Assembly: GCA_963793705.1 (NCBI GenBank)
Contig: CAWCBC010000013.1
Location: 14,600-78,599 of the forward strand
Origin: an uncultured Acidobacteriota bacterium
GTDB lineage: Bacteria > Acidobacteriota > Vicinamibacteria > Vicinamibacterales > UBA2999
Reading direction: 5' to 3'
DNA length: 64,000 bases
A program made the position numbers and the translations under genes. This document shows positions 1 through 9,656 of this stretch, piece by piece. Each line of letters starts with the position of its first letter. Position 1 is the first letter of the stretch. Under the pieces are notes generated by a model. The model saw nothing but the letters and a program-made list of their open reading frames with translations, was not told where the DNA came from and did not search any database.

Positions 1-516
1 ATCTACACGGACGGCCGGCCGCACCTCAACAACAGCATCCGGCAGTATCTCGGCAGTTCGCGCGCACGCTGGCAAGGCGACACGCTCGTCGTCGAGACCA
101 CCAACCTGACGGACAAGACGAGCATCGGGCTGAACGGCAACGGTCTCCGCCACAGCGACAAGATGAAAATGACGGAGAAGATTCGCCGTGTCGCCGACGA
201 CATCGTCCAGTACCAGCTGACGGTCGAGGACCCGGTGACGTACCCGCGTCCGTTCACGATCTCGATTCCGCTGACGCCGCTCGACGGCGGGGTGCTGTTG
301 CCGTACGAATGCCACGAGGGCAACGAAGCGCTCCGCAACTCTCTGGGTGCGGAACGCGCAGAGGATCGCGCGCTGGCCGCCGATCTGGCGAAAGGGATCA
401 AGCGCGCGCGCCGCCCGGTGCAGGACGGCAACCCCCAGGCGCCTGCCGGCGGCGGGCGGGGAGGCGGTGGAGGACGTGCGGGCGGTGCGCCACCCGAGGG
501 AGACATCGATAGGTAG
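1..516 (+). CDS. Secreted hypothetical protein, C-terminal part (5' end outside window); paralog of 6583..7677
   Basis: Frame 1 is open from base 1. IYTDGRPHLNNSIRQYLGSSRARWQGDTLVVETTNL...YECHEGNEALRNSL aligns by eye with VVPLDGRPHLPEGMKSYMGDSRGRWEGNTLVVVTKNL...YACHEGNYAMRNIL of 6583..7677. Ends in a Gly/Arg tail GGGRGGGGGRAGG. Confidence 0.6.
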   Translation: MYTDGRPHLNNSIRQYLGSSRARWQGDTLVVETTNLTDKTSIGLNGNGLRHSDKMKMTEKIRRVADDIVQYQLTVEDPVTYPRPFTISIPLTPLDGGVLLPYECHEGNEALRNSLGAERAEDRALAADLAKGIKRARRPVQDGNPQAPAGGGRGGGGGRAGGAPPEGDIDR

Positions 517-529
517 AACTCCCAGTAGC

Positions 530-601
530 AGTTGGATAGTTGGATAGTTGGATAGTTAGCTAGTGAGTACGAGCTCTAACTAGCCAACTAGCCAACTGAC
601 A
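530..601. repeat. 8-nt periodic simple repeat forming an imperfect long hairpin (AGTTGGAT x3 ... TAGCCAAC x2)
   Basis: Read directly: agttggat at 530, 538 and 546, then agttagct. The right arm aactagcc aactagcc aactgaca is the near-complement. 538-553 pairs with 581-596 with regular A.G mismatches, and agttag 554-559 pairs with ctaact 575-580. Confidence 0.8.
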
Positions 602-638
602 GTGAGGCTGACGCCGGACAGAGCACGTCTAACCGAAC

Positions 639-1123
639 ATGGGAATGCGTATCGCCCTCGTTCTGGTCGCCACCTTTGCGCTGCCGGCATTCGTGGGCGG
701 GCAGTCGTCCTCTCCCGCAGCCGCGGACGAGCGGCCGCGGTTCGAAACCGCGTCGCTGAAGCCGAACCGATCACCGGAGTTCGGTAGAAACAACCGATTC
801 TCTCCGGGTCGGTTTGCGTACGTGAACACGCCGCTCGAGGACTACATCTCCAACGCCTACCGCTTTCCGTCCGATCGTGTGCTGGGCATGCCGGACTGGG
901 CGCGCCGGGAAAAGTTCGAACTGAAGCTCGAGTGGAATCCGGACCCTTCAGTTACGCGATCGCCCGAGGCCACTGCGCTGGCAACGGCTGCAGCTGCCGC
1001 GCCCGGTGAGCGCGTCAACATCTTCGACAGGCGCTTCAGGATACAGCTCGGCGTGAAATTGCAGGCGCACGCGCGCCGCTCGAAGTTGTGATCGACCGGC
1101 TCGAAAGACCGACCCCGGACTGA
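639..1123 (+). pseudogene. TIGR03435-like (Acidobacterial soil-associated family) protein, internally shortened and frameshifted near the 3' end
   Basis: Signal peptide, then RPRFETASLKPN...FSPGRFAYVNTPLEDYISNAYRF, the family N-terminus as I recall it. The expected C-terminal LGVKLQ...VVIDRLERPTPD* is present, but its last part lies in another frame (stop at 1121-1123). The middle of the family domain appears to be missing. Confidence 0.5.
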
Positions 1124-1188
1124 GTGACCAATCACGGCATTCGCAGTTCTGCTGTTGCTGGCCCGGCACTTAGTAGTGATTACGACGC

Positions 1189-1262
1189 CGAACTACCAAC
1201 TAGCCAACTAGTGAACGAAGCTCTAACTACGAACTAGCCAACTAGCCAACTACCAACTGACA
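1189..1262. repeat. CCAACTA-type simple repeat spacer, single orientation
   Basis: gaactaccaactagccaactagtgaacgaagctctaactacgaactagccaactagccaactaccaactgac. The 3' part and the following leader are a near copy of 566-640. Confidence 0.8.
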
Positions 1263-1299
1263 GTGAGGCCGACGCCGGACTGAGCACGTCTAACCAATC

Positions 1300-1767
1300 A
1301 TGGCAGGCGCGGCGTTCGCCGTTCTGATGTTGCTGGCCGGGCAGGACACCGCTCCCGCCGCTCCCCCGGCTCCTGACATTCCCGTATCCGTCGAGCGCAT
1401 CCGCGAAGCGCTGCTGCATGACTTGCAGCGCCCCGCGCTGAAGATTCCGGTCGTCGAGTTCACACCGGTCTTCCGCGTCACGATCGTGGACAAGGTTCTC
1501 GACAACCCGCTCCAGGCGATGCGCCGCGAGCTCGCGGAATCCTCGGGCTACAGCGGAGGCGGCGGGGTTGAAATCATCGGGCTCGTGATGGGGATCGTGC
1601 GATCGATCAAGGCGGCGCACCGGGCGCACGAAGAGACCGTCATCAGAAAAGAAGTGCAGGCGGCGCTGACCGCGTTCTGCACTCAACACGATTGCTCGGT
1701 GCTCGAAAACGGGCCGCCTTCTCTGGAAGGGATCGTCCTGCCGCGTAAGAGGCCGCCGGAACCCTGA
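1300..1767 (+). CDS. Hypothetical exported protein
   Basis: 155-aa ORF with a hydrophobic N-terminus (AAFAVLMLLAG) and a non-repetitive composition. No family recognised. Confidence 0.5.
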   Translation: MAGAAFAVLMLLAGQDTAPAAPPAPDIPVSVERIREALLHDLQRPALKIPVVEFTPVFRVTIVDKVLDNPLQAMRRELAESSGYSGGGGVEIIGLVMGIVRSIKAAHRAHEETVIRKEVQAALTAFCTQHDCSVLENGPPSLEGIVLPRKRPPEP

Positions 1768-1820
1768 AGGGCTCGAGGGTTTTTGTGCGAGCATCTGGCG
1801 CACAGCCTGGAGGCCCGCCC

Positions 1821-3417
1821 ATGCCCGACGAACGGTTCACACGCCGACAGCTCCTATCAGCCGCCGCGACGGGCCTCGCCGCACTCTCCGGGGGACGAGC
1901 GATCGACCTCGCGGCCCAGTCGCCCGCCGCCCCGGCGCCCGGGCCTGGAACTGACCTGGCGCTGGTGAACGGCCGGTTCGTCGACGGCCGTGGCATGGTC
2001 GCCAGCACGATCGCTATCCGAAACGGGCGTATCGCGAGGGTCGGCGCGGGGAACCCGCTGGCGCCGGACGCCCGCACGATCGATCTCGGTGGCCGCACGG
2101 TCATTCCCGGCCTCTTCGATGCGCACGCCCATTACACGCGCGCCGCGGTCAGCCCGGGATACGACGCACGGCGGATCGAACGCGCCTTCTCGATCGCGGA
2201 GCTCCAGGAGGCGATCGCCAGGCGCGCGGCCTCGGCGCCCGCCGGTGCGTTCATCACGTGCATCGGCGGGTGGAACCACACGCAGTTGAAGGAGAACCGC
2301 CGCCCGACGAAGGCCGAGCTCGACGCCGCCGCATCGGCGCACGGGATCTACATCTCGGGAACCGGCGGCGGCACGGGCGCGATTACCAACAGCGTCGGCG
2401 CGGCATTCTTTGCGTCGAGAGGCGTGATGGTGGATGACGCGACGGGAGTAGTGAGCGCCGCCAACCCCGCCGTCACGGCACTCCAGACACTGCAGACGGA
2501 CGCGCAGAGGCTGCGCGGCACCAGCGACCTGAATGCGCACGCCAACGGCCTCGGGCTGACCGGCGTGATCAATGCCGGCAACCTCCCGGACCAGGAGTTT
2601 GCGCTTCAACTCTGGCGCCAGGGCTCGCTCACCATGCGCATGCGGCCGCTCTTTCCCGCCGATTCAGCCGAGCAGGTCGAGACACGCCTCGCCAACAACT
2701 TCAGTCAGGACGGCCGCTCGGTGGGCGACGACCTGTTCAGAGTCGCAGGATTCGGCGAACGCATTGGAGGAAACGACACGATGTCATCGACGTTCGAGCC
2801 GGCGGCTCGCGTCATAGCTCGACGCCGCTGGCTGCTGCAGCAGCACTCGATCAGTCTGCAGGAGAACGATTTTCATCTGAAGGTGTTCCAATCGATTGCC
2901 CGCGACCATCCGATCATGGACCTGCGCTGGTCGCTGATCCACCTGCAGAGCATCGACGAGCCGCGTCTCAGGGCGCTGGCGGCCCTCGGCGCCGGCGCAA
3001 GCGCGCAGACGTGGACGTATTTCGGCAGCGGCGGCGGGCCGCCCTTCCGGCGCATCGTCGATTCGGGAATTCGCGCCGGGGTGGGTACGGACTCGACAAA
3101 CGTCTCCGCCCTCGACCCATGGGTGTCGATCTTCTACATGACGACCGGCAGGAATGTCAGCTGGAGCGATGACCAACGATGGCCAGCAGATTTCACGCCT
3201 CGAAGCGCTGCGTCTGTACACCGAAGGGGCCGCGTGGTTCTCGTTCGATGATCACCACGTCGGTTCATTCACGGAGGGCAAGTACGCGGACCTCGCGGTC
3301 CTCAGTCACGACTACCTGTCGGTGCCGGACGATCAGATCCGCCGGATTGAATCGGTGTTGACGCTCCTCGGAGGTCGCATCGTCCACGCGGCGGCGCCGT
3401 TCGAACGGCTTCGGTAG
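1821..3417 (+). CDS. Amidohydrolase-family (amidohydrolase 3 / YtcJ-like) metal hydrolase with Tat-type signal; one frame correction needed near 3150
   Basis: MPDERFTRRQLLSAAATGLAAL twin-arginine signal. DLALVNGRFVDGRG...IAIRNGRIARVG...IDLGGRTVIPGLFDAHAHY is the typical N-terminal motif. The typical C-terminus (ISRLEALRLYTEGAAWFSFDDHHVGSFTEGKYADLAVLSHDYL) lies in ORF 3154..3417, in the +1 frame. Confidence 0.8.
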
Positions 3418-3427
3418 CGAACCGCGA

Positions 3428-4819
3428 TCAGTTCGGCGCGCTCTGCGTTGGCAGTGCGCCGCGCCCGCCGCGTCCGCCAGGAGCAGCCGGCGGATCTACG
3501 TTGCCGCTCGTCTTGGCTTCCGAGTCGACGTCCTTCTCCCACTCCAGGATCAACGGCCGCAATCGCCGCGTGATTTCGGGACGCGCCCTGGCGAGATCCA
3601 CGCGCTCACCAATGTCCGTCCGCAGGTTGAACAGGAAGACGCCGCCGCCGTCGAGCAGGAGCTTCCAATCGCCCTGCCGCACCGCCCGCTGCGCACGCGC
3701 CCCGGTGACGCGGAAAAACAGCGTGCGCTCGACCACCGGCGACTGGCCCGTGACAATCGGCAGCAGGTTGATACCTTCGAATCGCGCGTCGGCTGGCGTC
3801 GGCGCTCCGGCGGCACCAAGAATGGTCGTCGTCAGATCGAACACGAAGCCGGCCTGGGGCGTCGTGCGGCCGGCGGGAATCCGCGCCGGCCACTTCATGA
3901 TCAGCGGCACACGGATGCCACCTTCCCAGATCGTCGTCTTGCGGTGGAAGAGCGGCGCGTTGCGCGACAACCATTCACCGCCATTGTCATTGGTGAAGAT
4001 CACCAGCGTGTTGCGTGTGAGACCCAGTTTCTCCAGCGTGCTGACGATGCGTCCCACGCCCTGATCGGCACGCTCGAGGATCGCGGCGTAGTCGGCGCGC
4101 GTGCTCGTATGCTCCTCGTGCGGCTGGACGAACCGCGCGTTGTCCGGGGCGACCGACGGCTTGTCGGGCACCTGGAACGGCCAGTGCGCGGCGTTGTACG
4201 CCACCTCGAGGAAGAACGGCTGCTGCTTGCTCTGATCGATAAACCTGATCGCGCGATCGGTGATCAGATCGGTCATGTAGCCGTCCACGGTGACCGGCTT
4301 GTCGTTTTCGAACAGGTCCGGTTTCCCGTTCTGGTCGGTGTGCTGGTAGTAATCCACCAGTCCGCTCAGGAAGCCGAAGAAATAGTCGAAGCCGTGCCCC
4401 TTCGGCTGCTGGTCCGGCCGATAGCCGAGGTGCCACTTGCCGATGAGACCGGTGGCATAGCCTTCGTTCTTCATCAGTTGCGGCAGCGAACGGCCGTTCG
4501 CGACGAGACCACGCCCGGCCGCGGGTGCCGCGCCCAGCGGGTTTTCCAGGCCGGTGCGCTGGTAGTAGCGTCCCGTGATCAGCGCCGCCCGCGTCGGCGT
4601 GCAGGAGGGCGCGGCGTAGAAGTCGGTGAACTTCACGCCGTCCCTGGCAAGGCGATCGACGTTCGGCGTCTTGATGTCTGGCGCGCCGTAGCTGCCGTAA
4701 TCGCCATAGCCGACGTCGTCCATGACGATCAGGACGACGTTCGGTTTCGTCTGCGCGAAAGAGGGCGCCGCCAGCATGATGCTGGCGAGCGCCGTCAGAA
4801 GAAGGCGTCGACGGATCAA
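3428..4819 (-). CDS. Formylglycine-dependent sulfatase (arylsulfatase family), secreted
   Basis: Signal peptide. VVLIVMDDVGYGDYGSYG...PSCTPTRAALITGR contains the C-x-P-x-R sulfatase signature. GKWHLG motif present. Confidence 0.9.
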   Translation of the reverse strand: MIRRRLLLTALASIMLAAPSFAQTKPNVVLIVMDDVGYGDYGSYGAPDIKTPNVDRLARDGVKFTDFYAAPSCTPTRAALITGRYYQRTGLENPLGAAPAAGRGLVANGRSLPQLMKNEGYATGLIGKWHLGYRPDQQPKGHGFDYFFGFLSGLVDYYQHTDQNGKPDLFENDKPVTVDGYMTDLITDRAIRFIDQSKQQPFFLEVAYNAAHWPFQVPDKPSVAPDNARFVQPHEEHTSTRADYAAILERADQGVGRIVSTLEKLGLTRNTLVIFTNDNGGEWLSRNAPLFHRKTTIWEGGIRVPLIMKWPARIPAGRTTPQAGFVFDLTTTILGAAGAPTPADARFEGINLLPIVTGQSPVVERTLFFRVTGARAQRAVRQGDWKLLLDGGGVFLFNLRTDIGERVDLARARPEITRRLRPLILEWEKDVDSEAKTSGNVDPPAAPGGRGGRGALPTQSAPN

Positions 4820-4823
4820 TCGG

Positions 4824-6515
4824 TCAGTTACCTTTCGTCAGTCGCGCGAGGCGCGCGTTGAAGAACGCCATCTTCTCCGCCGGCACTGTCGCTTCAACCT
4901 GGATGGTGTCGCCGAGCACGATCACCTTGTCCTTCGACATGTCCTTGTACTGCGGCCAGTTCGGTAGACCTGGCCCGTTGGGATCGCCCTTGGCCATGAA
5001 GTTCACCCAGTACGACGACATCTGATCGGCAAGCTTCTTATCAACGTCGTTCCACTCGAGCGGCCCGTTGCTGTAAGCATGGTTGAACACGTAGGAAATC
5101 TCCACCGTATGCGAGGCACCGTTCGCCTGCGGCTGCCCGTTGCGCAGCGGCACGCGAGTGAACAGGTAGGCGTAGCCCTTCTTGCCCTTCTTCGCCTGCA
5201 GCGCGGCCGACTGACGCATGTTCCAGTTGACTTCGTCGTTGTACGACTGCGCGGTCATGGGGGCGATGTCCGCTTCGGTGTTGACCGGATACAGCTTCAG
5301 GAACGTGTCCGCCAGATCGCCGTACTGCGCCTTCGCCCGCGCGATGTATTGCTCGACTGGGGTCCCCGTCGGAGCGGCACCGCCTCGACCACGGCCGCCA
5401 CCACCACCACCGAACGTGTTTTCGTCCTTGTTGGATCCAGCGAGCATATCGACGTCGTTCTGCTTGCCGTTCGCAAACGTGATCGAGAGGTCCTCGGGAA
5501 TGAGATAACCGTCAATGACCAGCCCGGCACCGGGCAAGTTCGGTAGCTCGGCAAACGGTTTCGCTCTGAGCTCGGCGATCGACTTGATACCGGCACCCTC
5601 GAGAGCCTTCGCGCCGTTGCCCTGCGCCTGCTCCGTCGTCGTCATGCGGCCCATCGTCAGCCCCATCCACCCGCCGCTCTCGAGGATCGCGCGGTGGAAC
5701 AGCCCCTTCGCGGGTGGCGACGCGACGAGTGCGCCCACCATGATGGCGCCGGCCGACTCGCCGGCGATGGTGACGTTGTTCGGGTCGCCACCGAACGCGG
5801 CGATATTCGTCTTGATCCACTTCAGCGCGGCGATCGCGTCCATCATCCCGTAGTTGCCCGATCCGCTGTGTCCCGCTTCCTTCGCCAGCTCGGGATGCGA
5901 CAGGAACCCGAACCCGCCGAGCCGGTAGTTCATCGTGACGATCACGGCACCCTTCGCCGCGAGATCCTCACCGTCGTACCAAGCCTGTCCGCCCGAGCCG
6001 CCGGAGAAGCCGCCGCCGTAGATCCACATCATCACGGGCCGACGAGCGTTCGTGTTAGCGGCATTCGTCCAGACGTTCACCGTCAGGCAGTCTTCGCTGG
6101 CAGGCGGCTGACGCGGAGGAGCCGGAGGCGCCGCGGGTGCAGCCTGCGGAGCTGCCGCCGGTGCCGCACCGGGTGCGCCAGGCGCGCCAGGCGCGCCGCC
6201 ACGTCCGGGCGCTCCACCGCCTGCGCGACCGCCGCGACCGGGGCCGCCCTGCGCCACGCACGACGGACCGAACGCGTTCGCCTTGAACACGCTGTCCCAC
6301 TTCGCGGCGGGCTGCGGGGCCTTCCAGCGGTTCGCACCGACTGGCGGAGCCGCGAACGGAACGCCTTTGAAGATCCGGACCGTCGGATGAACGGTGCCGG
6401 TGACGCCCTCGAGCAGGCCGGTGTCGATCTTCACCTGCTCGGGAATCATCGCGGATGTGCCGGACACCGTCAGAATGACGGCTGCGAGTACGGCAAAGAA
6501 TGCCAGTCGTTTCAT
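4824..6515 (-). CDS. Carboxylesterase type B (para-nitrobenzyl-esterase-like), secreted, with Gly/Arg/Pro-rich inserts
   Basis: Signal peptide. EDCLTVNVW, WIYGGGF and the nucleophile elbow GESAGA are present. Two low-complexity inserts: GGPGRGGRAGGGAPGRGGAPGAPGAPG... and GGGGGRGRGGAAP. Confidence 0.9.
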   Translation of the reverse strand: MKRLAFFAVLAAVILTVSGTSAMIPEQVKIDTGLLEGVTGTVHPTVRIFKGVPFAAPPVGANRWKAPQPAAKWDSVFKANAFGPSCVAQGGPGRGGRAGGGAPGRGGAPGAPGAPGAAPAAAPQAAPAAPPAPPRQPPASEDCLTVNVWTNAANTNARRPVMMWIYGGGFSGGSGGQAWYDGEDLAAKGAVIVTMNYRLGGFGFLSHPELAKEAGHSGSGNYGMMDAIAALKWIKTNIAAFGGDPNNVTIAGESAGAIMVGALVASPPAKGLFHRAILESGGWMGLTMGRMTTTEQAQGNGAKALEGAGIKSIAELRAKPFAELPNLPGAGLVIDGYLIPEDLSITFANGKQNDVDMLAGSNKDENTFGGGGGGRGRGGAAPTGTPVEQYIARAKAQYGDLADTFLKLYPVNTEADIAPMTAQSYNDEVNWNMRQSAALQAKKGKKGYAYLFTRVPLRNGQPQANGASHTVEISYVFNHAYSNGPLEWNDVDKKLADQMSSYWVNFMAKGDPNGPGLPNWPQYKDMSKDKVIVLGDTIQVEATVPAEKMAFFNARLARLTKGN

Positions 6516-6582
6516 GAATGCCTCAGCTCAAAGTGCAACGGCGGGTCCGCCGTCGCTGGATTCCATCTCGACGGGACCCGCC

Positions 6583-7677
6583 CTACTTCCCGGCCTTCTC
6601 CATCGTGCGCGAGATGTTCAGGATGTTGCGCATCGCGTAGTTCCCCTCGTGGCACGCGTACTCGAACATCCCGTAGACCTTCTCGCGCTTCCACGGAAAC
6701 GTCAGCGTCCATGGTTGCGTCCACGTGCCCGGGTCGTCGATCGTCGCGGTGTACTGCAGCGTGTTGACGTCCATCATGGTGAACCGCTCGGTGATGGTGA
6801 TCCGGTCGCTCGAGCGACCACCGCCATTTCCGCCAGCTGCCGTCATGCCGTTGAGATTCTTCGTCACGACGACCAGCGTGTTTCCTTCCCAACGACCTCT
6901 CGAGTCGCCCATGTAGCTCTTCATGCCCTCGGGCAGATGGGGACGGCCGTCGAGCGGGACCACACGCGCCTCGTGAATCATCTCGTTGCGGATCACCACG
7001 TAGCCTGGCCCCTGGACGATCTCGTTGCCGTTGCCGTAGATGACCGGCAGGATCGATCCGAGGACGCCGCGCGTGACGCAGCGGTCGTAGAGGCTGCGAT
7101 CGAGATAGGTGTCAGCCTCGCGGCCCTGCAGGCGTTGCCGTCGCGCGGCCGCGTCTGCCTGCTGCGCCGCCTGACGCTTCTGTCCTTCCGCCGAGAGCGG
7201 CGGCTGACGGCCGTCGGGCGGGTCCATGATGAGCGACGCCTGGCGTGAGGGCTTTCCGGTCTCCTGCCAGTGCGGCTGCGGCGACGTCGGGCAGCGGATG
7301 GCGCAGTTCGGGTTGATCTCGGCCGTGAAGACGTCGATCTCGGCGACGAGCGACTCCTCTTCGGCCTTGATGTCTTTCGCGCGCTGCGCGAACTCTGCAT
7401 CGGTGAGCACGTTGCGCGTCCCGAACCGTGCGGGGCGCTGGAGCGGCACTCCCACCGTGTCCACACCGGGCCAGTAGCCCTGCAGGTCGGGATCGCCCCA
7501 CGGCGTCTTCGGCTGCACAAACCCTGGCGGCTGCTGAGGAAGTGGAGGCGCGGGTCCCAGAACGCGTGGAGCGTCGGCGGCGGCACCGCCTCCACGGCCG
7601 CCACCCCTGCCCTGGGCGGAAGCCGTTGCGGCCATCAAGAAAAAGGCGGCGACGAGGACGATGAGGCCTCTGTACAT
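6583..7677 (-). CDS. Secreted hypothetical protein, paralog of 1..516
   Basis: Signal peptide MYRGLIVLVAAFFLMAATASAQ followed by GRGGGRGGG. The C-terminal half aligns with the partial gene at 1..516. Confidence 0.65.
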   Translation of the reverse strand: MYRGLIVLVAAFFLMAATASAQGRGGGRGGGAAADAPRVLGPAPPLPQQPPGFVQPKTPWGDPDLQGYWPGVDTVGVPLQRPARFGTRNVLTDAEFAQRAKDIKAEEESLVAEIDVFTAEINPNCAIRCPTSPQPHWQETGKPSRQASLIMDPPDGRQPPLSAEGQKRQAAQQADAAARRQRLQGREADTYLDRSLYDRCVTRGVLGSILPVIYGNGNEIVQGPGYVVIRNEMIHEARVVPLDGRPHLPEGMKSYMGDSRGRWEGNTLVVVTKNLNGMTAAGGNGGGRSSDRITITERFTMMDVNTLQYTATIDDPGTWTQPWTLTFPWKREKVYGMFEYACHEGNYAMRNILNISRTMEKAGK

Positions 7678-7724
7678 AGGCGTCTCCCTGGAGGCGCCTA
7701 TTCTACGCCCTTCGCTGTACAGAC

Positions 7725-7753
7725 GGAGGCCGACCTCAAAGGTCGGCCTCTAC
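7725..7753. repeat. REP-like hairpin GGCCGACCT-CAA-AGGTCGGCC followed by CTAC
   Basis: Stem 7725/7728-7736 pairs with 7740-7748/7751; tail tctac ends at 7753. Same stem as the copies at 22620, 32028, 46538 and 52286. Confidence 0.7.
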
Positions 7754-7785
7754 CAGGAGCTTAACCACGAAGTGGTTCACATTCC

Positions 7786-9474
7786 TTAGTTCGCCCGTCC
7801 TATCGATTGACCCGACACGATGATCTCGACGCGGCGGTTCTGCTGCCGGCCGGCGGCAGTGCCGTTGGTGGCGACTGGCCGCGACTCACCGAAGCCGACC
7901 GCGGCGACGATCGGCTTGCTGATGCCCTGCGAATTGAAGTACGTCCGCACCGATTGCGCACGGCTTTCAGACAGCCGCTGGTTGTGCTCTTCCGAGCCCG
8001 TGCTATCGGCGTGCCCCTCGATCTCGATCTTCAGATCGGGATGCGACTGGAGAATGCCGGAGATCCGCGCCAGCTTTTCCCGCGCACCGGGTTTCAGCGT
8101 CGCCTTGTCGACGTCGAAGAGCACGTCCGACAGGTTGATGATCAGGCCGCGCGCGGTTTCGCGCGTTTCGAGGATGACGTTCAGCTGTTGCCGCAGTTGC
8201 TCGCGGGCCGCGTCGCGATCGCGCTCGGCCTGCTCTCTCGCCAGCCGCGCCGCCGACGCGTCAGCGGCATTCTGGTCGGCGAGCCGCTTCGCAGCGTCCG
8301 CCTGCAGCTTCGCTGTGTCCGCCTGCGCCTGAGCCGCTGCGCGCGCCGCGTCCGCTTCCGATCGGGCGCGCTCGAGATCCGCCCTCGCCCGTTCCGACGC
8401 AAGACGCTCCCGCTCAGCTGCCGACCGCGCCGCTTCGGCCTCGGCGCGCTGCCGTTCGGCCAGTGCCCGATCGCGATCGAGTCGCGCGCGCTCGTCTTCC
8501 GCCTGACGGCGACGGTCTTCTTCGGCACGGAGCCTGGCTGCCGCGTCTTCTTCACGCTGCAGCGCGATGCGCCGCTGCTGCTCCTGGTACTCCGCTTCCT
8601 GCCGCTGCAGCGCGATCAGCCGCGCATCCTCAGCGGTCTGTGCGGCCTGCCGCGCGGGCTGCTGGACCTGATTCCCCTTCCTCCCCTTCTCTCTCGCCAC
8701 CTCCGCTTCGGCCAGTAGCGACGCGGCCTTGGCGAACGTGTCGGATGCGTAGCGATCGGCGCCGGCGATCCGCGCGAGCTCAACGGCGTTGCGCGCCTGC
8801 GCGAGATCGAGCGGGGCACCTGGCTCGAGCGGCTTGACCTTCAGGACCGCCGGGTCGCGGTTCATCAGATACGACCCGCGTCGCAGCAGTTCGTACTTCG
8901 CTTCGAGCGCCTCGACGCGACCCTTCGTCCGCTCGAACCCTGATTCGCGGACGATGTTCTCGATGACCACCACGTCGCTGGGCTGCGACACGGCAAAATA
9001 CGGTTCAGCCGTCACGACCAGCGCAAACGACTGGAGCTCGGTCGTCACCTGGAGGCGGCCGTCGTTACCGTTCACCTGAAGCTCACCGAGGTTGGTAGCT
9101 CGTCCTTCCGGCGTAATGGCCCAAGGGACGTAGGTCAGGTACTCGCGGCCAAAGCGCTGCGGCCCGTCGAGGTCGTCGAAATGCGCATCGATCTTGATGT
9201 AGCCCTTCTCTCCCTCGACCGACGCCCAGCCTTTTGCCTTCGGCAGCAGCGTCGTGCCGGCGAAGTTGATCCGTGTGTCGCCCGAGCGCGGGCGGTAGTT
9301 GATCGCGGGCACCGTGCGGCCGACAACAGTGACGCGGAAGACCGGTATGTTGCCCTGCGCCGTCGCTACGCTCTGCTGAGTGGGATTGGGAGCTGACTGC
9401 GCCGACGCCAGCACAGGCCTGGCGGCGGCGACCACGGCCGTAAGCAGAAAGACTGTCGCGACTCGCTGAAACAT
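7786..9474 (-). CDS. OmpA-family protein with long Glu/Arg/Ala coiled coil and C-terminal OmpA peptidoglycan-binding domain
   Basis: Start moved to MFQRVATVFLLTAVVAAARPVLASAQ (ATG at 9474), which gives a signal peptide. The C-terminus NLSDVLFDVDKATLKPGAREKL...IEIEGHADSTGSEEHNQRLSESRAQSV...RRVEIIV is a canonical OmpA_C. Confidence 0.85.
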   Translation of the reverse strand: MFQRVATVFLLTAVVAAARPVLASAQSAPNPTQQSVATAQGNIPVFRVTVVGRTVPAINYRPRSGDTRINFAGTTLLPKAKGWASVEGEKGYIKIDAHFDDLDGPQRFGREYLTYVPWAITPEGRATNLGELQVNGNDGRLQVTTELQSFALVVTAEPYFAVSQPSDVVVIENIVRESGFERTKGRVEALEAKYELLRRGSYLMNRDPAVLKVKPLEPGAPLDLAQARNAVELARIAGADRYASDTFAKAASLLAEAEVAREKGRKGNQVQQPARQAAQTAEDARLIALQRQEAEYQEQQRRIALQREEDAAARLRAEEDRRRQAEDERARLDRDRALAERQRAEAEAARSAAERERLASERARADLERARSEADAARAAAQAQADTAKLQADAAKRLADQNAADASAARLAREQAERDRDAAREQLRQQLNVILETRETARGLIINLSDVLFDVDKATLKPGAREKLARISGILQSHPDLKIEIEGHADSTGSEEHNQRLSESRAQSVRTYFNSQGISKPIVAAVGFGESRPVATNGTAAGRQQNRRVEIIVSGQSIGRAN

Positions 9475-9555
9475 GGGTTGGGACCTCCGCCGTCCAGCAG
9501 AGCAAAGCGTTCGCCAACACCTCGTACCTGAACGTTTTGTCAGGAAAACGTAACG

Positions 9556-9584
9556 TTGCCTTCCCGAAACGGCTGCGGTAGACT
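9556..9584 (+). promoter_or_regulatory. Candidate sigma-70-type promoter for the cytochrome c' gene
   Basis: TTGCCT (9556-9561), 17-nt spacer, TAGACT (9579-9584), about 70 nt upstream of ATG 9657. Pattern match only. Confidence 0.3.
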
Positions 9585-9656
9585 CGCGCCGCATTGCCTC
9601 ACTTTTCCCCCAAGAAGTCTTCCATTCCCTACAGCTCGACCCCGAGGAGAGCACGT

